From positions 192,001-256,000 of the forward strand of contig JBHLNF010000005.1 in NCBI GenBank assembly GCA_048937405.1: a DNA stretch of 64,000 bases, read 5' to 3'. Positions 10,225 through 21,600 of the stretch are shown here, one piece after another; positions within the stretch are counted from its first letter, which is position 1, and every line of letters begins with the position of its first letter. The position numbers and the translations under genes are program-made. The notes beneath the pieces are model-generated. The model worked only from the letters and a program-made list of their open reading frames with translations, ran no database searches and was not told where the DNA came from. The stretch comes from Promethearchaeota archaeon. GTDB lineage: Archaea > Asgardarchaeota > Lokiarchaeia > Sigyniarchaeales > SOKP01.

Positions 10225-11097
10225 TCATAATAATCTCTTTAAATACTCATCGGGTACATTTGCTTCTCCAATTGTAATTTCTTTTTTTCCTCCATGATAA
10301 TCTGATCCTCCTGATTTAATTAAGTGAAATTTATCCGCAAGTTTTCTAAAATACTCTGGATAATACTTTTGAGCCCAAGATGCTTTATCGGTCTTATAGA
10401 ATGGTCTATTCTTTGCATAAGTATATTCTATTTCAATACCTTTAATTCCTGCTTTAATACAGGCTGTAATAAACTTTTGTTTATTTTGGATCTTATAAAT
10501 TCCAGGATGTGCTAAAATAGGGATACCTCCAGCGGATTCAATTAATTCAATTGATTCCTCTAAATTTAGCTCCACTTTTCTATCGACAAATGCTGCACCA
10601 CCAATGCTAATCATACGGAATAGATCATCTTTCGACTTTCCAATAATTTTTTCTGGATTATTATTTATCATAACTTCGACTATATGGGGCCGTCCTACGA
10701 CTTTACTCCCTGCTATTACTTTTACTTCTTTAAAAGAGATGTTATATTCAAATTCAGTTCTTAATCGTTTACAAATTGCTTTTTTTTGTTCTAGTCTTCC
10801 ATTAATTTGTTCACTTATCGTTTTTATTAATTTATTTGAGGAGTGATCTATATTTAATCCAATAATATGAACATCAATTAATTCCCTAATTGGTTCATGC
10901 CTAATTGAAATTTCAATACCAGGAATTACAATAATTTCTTTTAATTCTCCATATGACAAAAATTCTTTAACACCATCTATAGTATCATGGTCTGTAATTG
11001 CTATTGCCTTTAATTTCTGATTTAGAGCTTCTTCAATCAATTGTGAAGGAGTTAGTGAACCATCAGAAGCAGATGAGTGTAAGTGCAGATCGATCAT
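10225..11097 (-). CDS. PHP domain phosphoesterase (TrpH/YciV-like)
   Basis: DLHLHSSASDG, AITDHD, LAHP and GGSDYHG motifs. Confidence 0.9.
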   Translation of the reverse strand: MIDLHLHSSASDGSLTPSQLIEEALNQKLKAIAITDHDTIDGVKEFLSYGELKEIIVIPGIEISIRHEPIRELIDVHIIGLNIDHSSNKLIKTISEQINGRLEQKKAICKRLRTEFEYNISFKEVKVIAGSKVVGRPHIVEVMINNNPEKIIGKSKDDLFRMISIGGAAFVDRKVELNLEESIELIESAGGIPILAHPGIYKIQNKQKFITACIKAGIKGIEIEYTYAKNRPFYKTDKASWAQKYYPEYFRKLADKFHLIKSGGSDYHGGKKEITIGEANVPDEYLKRLL

Positions 11098-11219
11098 TAT
11101 AATTATTAATTAATAATTTAATTTGATTTTACTCTAATAAAATTTAATGAAGAAAAGTTAATTACATACCTATAATTTTAAATTAATATTCAGAGAAACA
11201 AATAGTTTAAAATTCACTC

Positions 11220-12644
11220 GTGTATAAAATGCCGATTATCATCATGAAATTCGGAGGTTCTTGTCTTGTAGATCAGACTGCATTTAGTAAAATTCTCAAT
11301 ATTACAAATATTTATAAAAATATAAAAAAAGTATACATTGCCTCTGCTTTGAATGGAGTAACTGATCTATTATTAAAAACTGCAATGGGTTTAGAAAATG
11401 AAAAAAATATTGATAATAATATGGCTTTAATAGAAAAAAGGCATATGGATTTAATAGAGCAAGTTTTTGAAGAGGAATCAGAGCACTATTTTAAAGTAAA
11501 AGACTGGATTGATAAGAAATTAAGTGAGTTAGAAGAAACCTTTGCGGATATAAAAGAATTTGGACTTGAACCTTATTATAAAGACTATATTCTGAGTTTT
11601 GGAGAGATTTTATCAACTTATATATTAAATCAATATCTTCTAAGTAATAAACTCAATTCAATATTTATTCCTGCTAATAAATTGATTATTACAAACGATG
11701 AATTCAATAACGCTTATCCATTGTATGAATTAACCAATGTTCGTACTAAGAAATTTTTATTGCCGCTTTTAGATAATCCAAATAAGGATATAATCGTTTG
11801 TTTAACTGGCTTTATTGGTAGAAATAAGATAGGTTATATCACTACACTAGGAAGAGGTGGATCTGATTATACTGCTACTATTATAGCTAGATCTTTATAT
11901 AAAGTTGGGATCGATAAAAATATAAAAGTAATTTTATGGAAAAATGTTGATGGATTATTCGCAATAAATCCAAAGTATGTACCCCATTCTTCTCTTATTA
12001 AAAAATTGGATTACAATGAAGCTAAGCATATTGCAAATTTTGGTGCAAAAGTGATTCACCCTAAATGTTTAGAAGCAATAGAAAAATATGGAATACCTTT
12101 AGAAATAAGGAATTTTGATAAACCACTCGAGGAAAGCTACACAGAAATTTCAGAGTTTTCAGATAAAGATTATATCAAAGGTATTTCTGCGGTAGAATAT
12201 GCTACTATCATAACTATCAGTTCTGGAAGTATGGTAGATATACCTGGAGTATTGGCAAAAATTTTTAAAGTGATGAGTAAAAATAAAATAAGTGTTTCTT
12301 TAGTTGCTCAAAGTTCCTCTGAAATTAGTACATCATTTATTATAAAAGAAGATGATTGTAAAAAAGCAATAAACGCTTTAAAAAGTTCAAAATTCTTTTC
12401 AGAATTTTTTTATATTAAATGGGAAAATGTTGCTGTAATTAATATAACTGGTCTTAAAATTCTTGAAACCAAAACTAAAGCAGAAATTTTTAATGCATTA
12501 GATAAAAAAAACATAAGTGTCAAAGCAATTTCTCAAAGTCATGATGAATTAAATTTATCTATTGTTATTAAAAGAGAACAATTATTTGAGGCAATTAATA
12601 TTATTCATGATGATTTATATGACGAATTTGGAGATTCTAAATAA
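11220..12644 (+). CDS. lysC: Aspartate kinase with ACT domains (ATG at 11229 is an alternative start)
   Basis: MKFGGS, TTLGRGGSDYTA and FGAKVIHP motifs; C-terminal ACT repeats. Confidence 0.9.
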   Translation: MYKMPIIIMKFGGSCLVDQTAFSKILNITNIYKNIKKVYIASALNGVTDLLLKTAMGLENEKNIDNNMALIEKRHMDLIEQVFEEESEHYFKVKDWIDKKLSELEETFADIKEFGLEPYYKDYILSFGEILSTYILNQYLLSNKLNSIFIPANKLIITNDEFNNAYPLYELTNVRTKKFLLPLLDNPNKDIIVCLTGFIGRNKIGYITTLGRGGSDYTATIIARSLYKVGIDKNIKVILWKNVDGLFAINPKYVPHSSLIKKLDYNEAKHIANFGAKVIHPKCLEAIEKYGIPLEIRNFDKPLEESYTEISEFSDKDYIKGISAVEYATIITISSGSMVDIPGVLAKIFKVMSKNKISVSLVAQSSSEISTSFIIKEDDCKKAINALKSSKFFSEFFYIKWENVAVINITGLKILETKTKAEIFNALDKKNISVKAISQSHDELNLSIVIKREQLFEAINIIHDDLYDEFGDSK

Positions 12645-12742
12645 AACACAGAAGATTAATTACAGATTTTCAAAATATGATTTCATAATTTTATAAAATA
12701 GTAAAAGAATAGAACACTAGAAAATAAAATTAGTAATGAGAT

Positions 12743-13267
12743 CTAAATTCTCGAATCAATAATTCGACGTGTTAATTCAGTAAAAGCTTCATCGACATTA
12801 ATTCCCGTTTTCGCAGAGGTTTCAATATAAATACTACCCTCATTTTCAGCGAATGAACGGGCTTCATCCCTATCTATTACCATACCAACATCTTCTATTA
12901 AATCGGCCTTATTTCCAATAAAAACAAAGGGTATCTTTTCACCCGCAAATTGCCTTATCTCGGTAAGCCACTTTCTTGTTTCTGTATATGTCTGTTCTCG
13001 AGTTAAGTCAAAGACTAATAATGCTCCCGCAGCACCTTTATAGAATGTACTACGAATAAATTCAAAACGTTGTTGCCCCCCAATATCCCAAATACTTAGT
13101 GTGGCAATCTCTCCTTGCCTAAATTCAACATCTTTAGTTAAAATATCTACGCCTACAGTTAATTTATAATTAGCTTGGAATCTATTCTTTATGAAACGCT
13201 GAACAAGACTAGTTTTTCCTACAGCAGCTGCCCCTGTTAATAATACTTTTAACTTAAAACTTGACAT
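12743..13267 (-). CDS. Rab-like small GTPase without a C-terminal prenylation tail
   Basis: GAAAVGKTS, TVGVDI, WDIGGQ, NKAD and ETSAK motifs. Confidence 0.92.
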   Translation of the reverse strand: MSSFKLKVLLTGAAAVGKTSLVQRFIKNRFQANYKLTVGVDILTKDVEFRQGEIATLSIWDIGGQQRFEFIRSTFYKGAAGALLVFDLTREQTYTETRKWLTEIRQFAGEKIPFVFIGNKADLIEDVGMVIDRDEARSFAENEGSIYIETSAKTGINVDEAFTELTRRIIDSRI

Positions 13268-13471
13268 AAAGCTCCACTCATGTCGATTTTTACTAACTTT
13301 TTTTAATATTTTAATTTTGTAAATAAATTAAAGATAACTAAATTAAAGAAAAAATAAATTATAAATTTAAATATTTTTACATAAACTCAAATTGGTTTTT
13401 ATTAATTTCTATTCATATTAAATAGAATATTAATACTTAAAAGTTAGTATATAAGTTTTAGATTTATATAA

Positions 13472-15427
13472 CTATCTCTTCGGTATTTCGTTATATTCTT
13501 TCAAATTTTTAAATAGATCGAGTTTTAGGTGAGGAAAGTACATTGCTTCAGCATATTCTTTTTGAAAATTCTTATCTATAGCAATTTCAACATATTTAAT
13601 TTTGTTTAAAAGCTCTTGCGCCTTGTTTCTTAAATCTTGATTTAATAAACAGTGTTGTGCTCCTACTCCAGCAGCATTTCCTATTTGAAAAATACACTCA
13701 TCATTAATATCTGGAATCATTCCTATAAATTTTGCATTTTGAGCGTTTATATAGTTACCAAAAGCACCTGCTAAGAAAATTTGTTTGATAATTTGATAAC
13801 TTTTCAAATTATTCATAATAATCCGGGTTCCAGAATAAAAGGCTGCCTTTGCCATTTGAATTTGTCTTATATCGTTTTGATTAATTGAAATCTCCTTATT
13901 TATAGAAGTATCATCTTTATCTGCTATAATGAAATCTATTTTCTTATCTTCTTTTATGAATCTTTCATGATTAATATAATCTTGATTAAAATTTCCGCTC
14001 CTAGTAATAATCTTAGATTTTAACATCTCTGCTATAACATCAACTAGACCAGAACCACATATTCCAATTGGTTTTTTGTTTTTAATTGTAGTATAAGATA
14101 CATCAAAATCCTTAGAGTCAATTTGAACTGTGTCTATTGCTCCTGCTGCTGCTCTCATCCCATTGCTAATATGAGCTCCTTCTAAAGCAGACCCTGCTGC
14201 ACAAGATCCCACAAATAAATTCTTTCGATTACCAATGATAATTTCACCATTAGTACCAATATCAATTGCTAAAGTAAGAGATTTTTCATTATAAATTTGT
14301 GAAGAAAGTATTACACCAATAGTATCAGCCCCAACAAAACCCGCAATAATAGGTGCTGTATATACATTCCCAAATTTAGAAATATTAAGATTTAGTCTAT
14401 TTGCTTTTATATTAAAATTTTTTTGAATAACAGGGATAAACGGACTTATTCCTATATTGATAGGATCAAGTCCCAAAAAAATATGATGCATAACAGAATT
14501 TCCTACAACAGTAGCTTCATAGATCTGAGAAGGATCGATTTTTGCTATTTGACATGTATTTGAGATAATTTCATTCAAGTCTTTAATTACAATAGAACTT
14601 AATTTTTGAAGATATTCTTTACTATCCTTTATAAGTGTTAATCTTGTTATTAGATCTTCTCCATAGGCTGTTTGGCTGTTCATTTTTGAACTGACAGCAT
14701 AAGTCTTACCATTATTTAAATTGATTAAATAACCTACTATAGTTGTTGTTCCAATATCAAAAGCAATTCCATAATTGTCTTTGATGGTATTACCTGGCTC
14801 ACAAGCAATGATATTAGTATTATCCCATAAAACTAGTGTTATCTTATGATCATTTTCCCTTAAGATTTTAGGTAATTTTTTCAAAACATTAAAATCGATA
14901 TTAAGATTGTTATATTTCTTTATTTTTGGAATAGAACTTTTTATTGATGCTTCAATTCTTTCAAAATCAGCATCAGGTTCCTCTAATGATGGACTTCTTA
15001 CTTCAATGTAAACTTTTTGAATAGTTGGATTTATTTTCACTCCTTCACTTTTTCCTGCAATTAAGATGTTAAAATCTTCCAACAATATATCATTTGGGAG
15101 AAATATTCGGAATTGAGGATGGGGAAGTGTTTGTAGATATTCTGATTGTTCCGTATTAAGCTTTGTTTGACAAGCAAGTCGCCATCCATTTCTTAGTTCT
15201 TCCTCATTTACATATCTCTTTTCATTATTAGTTGGAGGATTTAAAAATTCTTTTCCTTTTTGTACTGAAATTTTGCATTTTCCACACGTTCCTAATCCAC
15301 CACAAATTGATCTAATTGGTATGTCTAAATCTAAAAGGATTTCATAGAGAGAGAGATCACTTGGAAAATGCACCCTTCTGGAAATTGGTTCAAAATCAAT
15401 AATTATATTTCTTTTCTTTATATCCAT
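13472..15427 (-). CDS. ASKHA-type reductive activator of corrinoid proteins (RACo/DUF4445) with N-terminal 2Fe-2S domain
   Basis: CGGLGTCGKC..RLAC, DIGTTT, DIGTNGE, GICGSG and AGAFG motifs. Confidence 0.88.
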   Translation of the reverse strand: MDIKKRNIIIDFEPISRRVHFPSDLSLYEILLDLDIPIRSICGGLGTCGKCKISVQKGKEFLNPPTNNEKRYVNEEELRNGWRLACQTKLNTEQSEYLQTLPHPQFRIFLPNDILLEDFNILIAGKSEGVKINPTIQKVYIEVRSPSLEEPDADFERIEASIKSSIPKIKKYNNLNIDFNVLKKLPKILRENDHKITLVLWDNTNIIACEPGNTIKDNYGIAFDIGTTTIVGYLINLNNGKTYAVSSKMNSQTAYGEDLITRLTLIKDSKEYLQKLSSIVIKDLNEIISNTCQIAKIDPSQIYEATVVGNSVMHHIFLGLDPINIGISPFIPVIQKNFNIKANRLNLNISKFGNVYTAPIIAGFVGADTIGVILSSQIYNEKSLTLAIDIGTNGEIIIGNRKNLFVGSCAAGSALEGAHISNGMRAAAGAIDTVQIDSKDFDVSYTTIKNKKPIGICGSGLVDVIAEMLKSKIITRSGNFNQDYINHERFIKEDKKIDFIIADKDDTSINKEISINQNDIRQIQMAKAAFYSGTRIIMNNLKSYQIIKQIFLAGAFGNYINAQNAKFIGMIPDINDECIFQIGNAAGVGAQHCLLNQDLRNKAQELLNKIKYVEIAIDKNFQKEYAEAMYFPHLKLDLFKNLKEYNEIPKR

Positions 15428-15632
15428 AACTATATTTTAATAATAAATAGGGTTTAGATTTTAAATTTGAATTCAAAATTCTTGAAAATTCAAAATTCTT
15501 TGTCGATTTTAATAATTTAGTTAAGATAGTTATCACAATATAAAAAGTTTAATTACTTAGCGTGGATAAATTAAAATAAGAACAAGGAAAGAATTTTTAA
15601 TTTTAATTTAGGATTAAAGAGGTTCAATTTAA

Positions 15633-18600
15633 TTGCAAAATCCAGAGGAATTAGCTCAGGAAGCTTTAAAATATTTAGATATCGCACAAAAACTTGAAGA
15701 AGAAAAAGAATTTGAAAATGCAATTTCGCAATATCAACAAGCTGCTGATTTTCTTAAGCAAAGTGGATTTTTAATGCATAGAGTTCAGGAAATTTACGAT
15801 AGAGTAAGTGAATTGAAAGATTTTCTACAGAAAGAAAAGCTTTATCAACAAATAGAACATAAAACTCAAAGTGTACAATTGCAAGAACGAGGATTCGCTT
15901 TATTAGACAGAGCTAAAAAATTAGAATTTGATGGTCTCTTTGAAGATGCTATTCAACAGTATTCATCTGCAATTCAATTACTAAGTCAAGCTGGTTGGTC
16001 TGAAACCCAACTATTTGAATTAAAAACAAAAATTAACCGTCTTTCTCAAGAATTTGATAAAAGAAAAACAACCCTAGAACCACAAAAACAAATACCTGAA
16101 TCACAGAGTCCCCCCATACAATTAATTCAGGATGAAAAACCTCAAATTGTTGGAATGTTTGGCCAGAAAAGTAGTATAGAAAAGGAAGAAGTTATAAAAC
16201 GTTTTAGAGAAAAAAGAAAATATGAAGAAAATATTCAAAATCAAGCGTTTGAACATATTGATGCGGCAAAATTATTTGAAAAAGATAAGAAATTTGATGA
16301 TGCGATATTGAATTATGAGAAAGCCATTGGTTTATTAACTTCCATTGGTTGGACCATTCAAATCCAAAATATCCAATCCATAATTGAAAAACTCAAAAAA
16401 GATAAAATAAATTTCGAATCTTTTCAAGTTAAACCTTCTACAACTTTAGAAACTACTGACATTGAAGAGGAGAAAGTTATATTAGAGAAAAGAGCAAAAT
16501 TAGCCAAAGAGAAATTAAACAAATTTGAACTGAAGAAAAAACATGAGGAACAAGTACAAAATGAAGCCTTCAATTTGATAGATATTGGCAATAGATTTGA
16601 AAGAGAAAATAAGTTTGATGAAGCAATTGAAAAATTTGAACAGGCAATTCAATATTTTAAATCTATAGAATGGGATTCTTATGTACATCCCATTAAAGGC
16701 TTTATTAATCAAATAAAAGAGAAGCAGGAGAGAGAGAAAAAAGCGGAAAAATTAATTGAAAAGAGACAAAAAGATTTAACCATTCTTCAAGATTCGATAT
16801 ATTTAAAGCAAAGAGAGCAAATTTTCAAATCAGCAAAAGAATTAGACAAGAAAAGAAGAGAATTTGAAGAAAAAACAAAAGTTGATGCAAAGAAAGAAAA
16901 AGATCTCTTTGGAATATTAGATAAGGCGGATAAAATTTTAAAAGAGAAAAATTTTGATGATGCTATAAATGAATATCAAAAAGCTTTTTCTATTTTAAGC
17001 GATTTGGGTTCTGGATGGGAAACTTATACATCCATGATAAAAAATACTATTTCTAATGTTGAGAAATTAAAAAATTCTTACCTTACTAAAAAACTTGATG
17101 AGCAAAAGAAATTAGAAGAAAAAGAACGTGAAGAAATTGAATTTCAAAAGCAAATTTTAACTCAATTAGATAAGGAGCGAAGCCAATTAAAAGAGAAAGA
17201 AATTATTATCAAAGATCATGAAGAGGAAATTAAGCATTTTGAACAACGTAAAAAAGTTGGATTTGAGTACTTAGATTCTGCCATGGATTTCCTGATACAA
17301 GGTAAATATGAAGAAGCTATATTAGCATATCAAAATGCTGCCAATATTTTTGCCGAAATACAATGGACGGAGGAGATTCCTTTAATTGAAGTATCAATAC
17401 AAGAAGTTGAAGAATTGCAGAGAACTCAAAATATCATCGAGCAGAGGAAACTAAAAGATGCTATTGAACGTCAAAAGAAAGAGGAAGAGTTTCAAAAACA
17501 AGTTAATAAATATTTAAGGCAAGAAAGGGAAAAATTAAAGAAAAAAGAAGTTGAATTAATGGAACGGGAAAAGATGGTAAAATATCAAGAAGAAAGGAGC
17601 ATTGCAGGATTCAAATTACTAGATCAAGCTCAAGACAATTTAGAACAGGGAAATTTTGATGATGCCATTGAGATTCTAAAATATGCCATAAATTTTTTCG
17701 CTGATATTAATTGGCAGAATGAAATTAATCTAATACAGAATTCCATTATAGAAATTGAAAATAAAAAACGAGAAGCTGTAATTCAAGATCAAATTAAAAT
17801 ACAAGCAGAAATTGAACGAGAAAAGCAAGAAAGACTATTTCGGGATTATGTTACAGGGGAAATGAAAGCACAACAAGAGAAATTTGAAAAAAGAGAAATT
17901 ATTTTAAGAGAAAGAGAAAAAGAAATTGCTTTTCGGGAAAATAGAAAACAAGAAGCTTTTAACTTACTAGAGACAGCACAAGATCTTCTTTTAAATGGGA
18001 AGTTTGATGATGCTCTTGAAATTTATTATAATATAGCGAATATCTTTGCACAAATTCAATGGAATGAAGAAATTTCAATAATTCAAGAAGCAATTCAGAA
18101 TATAGAAGAAAGAAAGAGAGAGAATGAAATAAATAAACAAAAATTAATGCAAAAGTCAATAGAAAAAGAAACTGCTGATAAAGCTTTTATTGAGCAACTT
18201 AGGTATCAAAGAGGGAAGAAACGAGCTGAAATTTTGAAAGAGAAAGAACAAATTGAAAAACAAAAACAGCTTTCTGCTCAAAATTTGGTAAAACAACAAA
18301 AAGCATTTAAATTGATAGAAGATGGAGAAAATCTTATCGAAAAAGGAATTTTTGATGATGCAATAAGTAATTATAATGAAGTTATAGAAATTCTGAAAGA
18401 AATTGGTTGGGAAGAAGGATATCTCTCCCTATTACGTGACAATATACGATCTTTTAAAGCAAAGAAAAGGGATTATGAAAAAGAAAAACAAAATGAATTT
18501 GAAATTAAATTAAAGCAACAAAAAGAAGAAGAATTATTTCAAAAAAGAATAACTGAATATATGAAAAAAGAGCAGGAAAAAATTCAAGCTAAAAAAATTG

Positions 18601-21600
18601 AGATTCATCAAAAAGAAGATTTGTTAAAAAAAATGGAAAGCCGAAAATTAGAAGCATTTAAGGCAATGGAAGTTGCAGATAAGTTATTAAATGAAAGTGA
18701 TTATGATGGAGCTATCGAGAATTATATTCAAGCAGAGTTGATATTAAATGAAATTAATTTTCCAACTAATGTTATTAGAGATATAATTCAAACCATTCAA
18801 GAGAAAAAAAGAGAAGAAAACCTAAACAAGATGAAAGAATTAGAACAAAAATATAGAAAACAACGTGAAGATGAACTCTTTCAAAAACAAATCTTGGAAA
18901 GAATAAAATTAGAAGAACAAGAAATGAGGGAAAAGCAAGAAAATCTATTGAAACAAGAGCAATTGAGGATCATAGAAGAACAAAAAAAACAAGAGGCATT
19001 CAATATATTAGATGACGCTAAAATAGGAATTAAAGAAATGAAGTTTGATGAAGCAATTGATTTATATAATAATGCCAAAAAGATATTTCTAGAAATTCAA
19101 TGGGAAGATCAAGTTAATTTAATTGATAAAGCTATTCTTACGATTGAGAATAAAAAAAGAGATACAGAAGTACAAAAACAAAAGAATCTAGAAAATAAAA
19201 TTCAGCAAGAGCAACTAGAAGTTACTTTCCAAAGAAATCTTGTTAAGGAAATGGAAATTGAACGTAAAGAATTAAAGAAAAGACAAATAAGTCTTAGAGA
19301 AAGAGAAAAAGAACTCATTTATAGAGAAAAAAAGAAAGAAGATTCATTTAAACTATTAGATCAAGCACAGGATTATCTTTCACAAGGCAAATTTGATGAA
19401 GCAATAGAACTTTATGAAAATGTGGCAAATATATTTGCTCAAATTCAATGGACTGATGAAATTCCAATCATAAATAAAGCTATACAGGATATTGAAAATA
19501 AAAAGAGAGAAAGAGATTTAATAAAACAAGAAAATTTTCAAGAGATAATAAAAAAGGAAAAATCTGAACAAGAGTTTATGGAAAAAATAAGGGATCTGAA
19601 GGAAAAGGAAAAATTAAAAGCTCTTGAAGAAAAAGATTCAATACAAAAGCGAGAATTGAGTATTTCTCAAAATTTAATCAAGCAAGAAGAAGCATTTAAT
19701 TTGATAAATCAAGGATATGATTTACTTAATCAAAAGAATTATGATAAAGCATTAGAAAATTATCAAAATGCAATAACTATCCTTACTAAAATAGGATGGA
19801 CCCATGATTATTTAAAACTTCTTAAAGATGCTGTAAAAGCCATTGAAATAAGAAAGATTGATGTTGAAAAAGAGAAAGTGCTTGAAAAAGAATTATTTAT
19901 GAAACATCAACAAGAAGAAGAACAGTTCCAAAAGAAAATAACAGATAGTATGAAAATTGAACAGAAAAGATTACAAGCAAAAAAAATTGAAATTCAGAAA
20001 AAAGAACAATTAAAACACGTAATGGAGAGTCGTAAAGAGGAAACCTTTAAAACTATGGAATTGGCTGAAAATTATTTTAATCAAAAACAATATGATAAAG
20101 CAATTGAACAATACCGCCAAGCAGAGTTAATTTTGAATGAAGTTGGCTTTCCAACTAAAGTAATTAGAGAAATGATAAATAAAATTCAAAATAAAGAGAG
20201 AGAAGAATGGCTAAATAGTCAGAAAGATCTAGAAAATAAACATCAGAAGGAGAAAGAAAATTATGAATTTCAATATAAAATCACAGAAAGCATTAGATTA
20301 GATGAAATTAAGTTAAAAGAAAGAGAAAATAAAATTCAGAGACAAAGAGAACTCCAAAAATACATGGAAAAAAGAAGGGAAGACGCCTTTAATCTTCTCG
20401 AAGAAGCAGAAGGATTCATGAAACAATCTCAATATGATAAATCACTTGAATATTATCATGCCGCTGAATTAATATTAAATGAAATTGCTTTTCCAACAGA
20501 TTCGATAAGGGATTTGATTTTAAAAGTTCAAAAGAAGAAACGAGAGTACCAACTGCAAAAACAGAAGGAATTAGAGCAAACTATTAAAAGGGAAAGAGAG
20601 GAATGGAATTATCAACAAAAGATAGTTAAGGAATTACAAAATGAAAAAGAACGATTGAAAGTAAAAGAAATAGAGGTATTAAAAAGAGAAGAATTGAAAT
20701 CAAAATTAGAGAAAAGAAGAGAGCAAGCATTTAAGATATTAGAGCAAGGAGAGGGCTTCTTAAAAGAACAAAATTATGATAATGCGATAGTCTGTTATAG
20801 AAGGGCAATGCAATTTTTAAAAGAACTCCAGTTTCCAACAGATTCTATAAATAATATGATAATTAAAGTTAATAAATTGAAAAAGCAAAAAGAAAAAGCA
20901 GAACGTTTAAAATTTGAAAAAGAACTTGATAGAATCGAAGAAGAAAAAGCCTTAGAAGTTTTAGTAGAAGAAAGAAAGAGACAAGAAAGGGAAAAAATGG
21001 AAGCGCAACAAATAGCACTAAAAGAACGAGAGAAAATTATCCAAGAAAAAATGAGTGTAAGAGAATCGGCATATTCTCTTTTGGAAGAAGCTGGGACTTA
21101 TTTAAAACGTCGAATTCCAAACTACAATGAGGCTATTTCATTATATATTCAAGCACGGCATATTTTAGCGGATAATATAGGATGGGAACCTGAAATTAAT
21201 AATTTGAATATATTAATTAAAGATTTACAGCAAGAACAAGCTAATTTCCTCAATAAAAAGCAATTAGAGGAACAAGCTCGTTTACAACGTCAAAATGAAT
21301 ATGCCTTATTTCAAGAAGAAGTTAGAAAAAGAAGGTTAGAAAAAGAAAAATTAAAACGGGAACAAGAAAAACAATATCGCGAGTTACTATATAAAAGAAA
21401 ACATATTGAACAAATTAAAAGTGAAGGATTAAGACTCATTGATGAAGGGAAAAAAAATGCAAGGTATCATGAATTCGAAAAAGCCTATGATAATTTTGAA
21501 GATGCAACTAAAAAGTTTAGAGAGATTGATTGGAAAGAAGAGATAAAATATATTGAGACTGAAATTAAAAATACAAAAATATTAGAAGAAAAAGTAAGAA

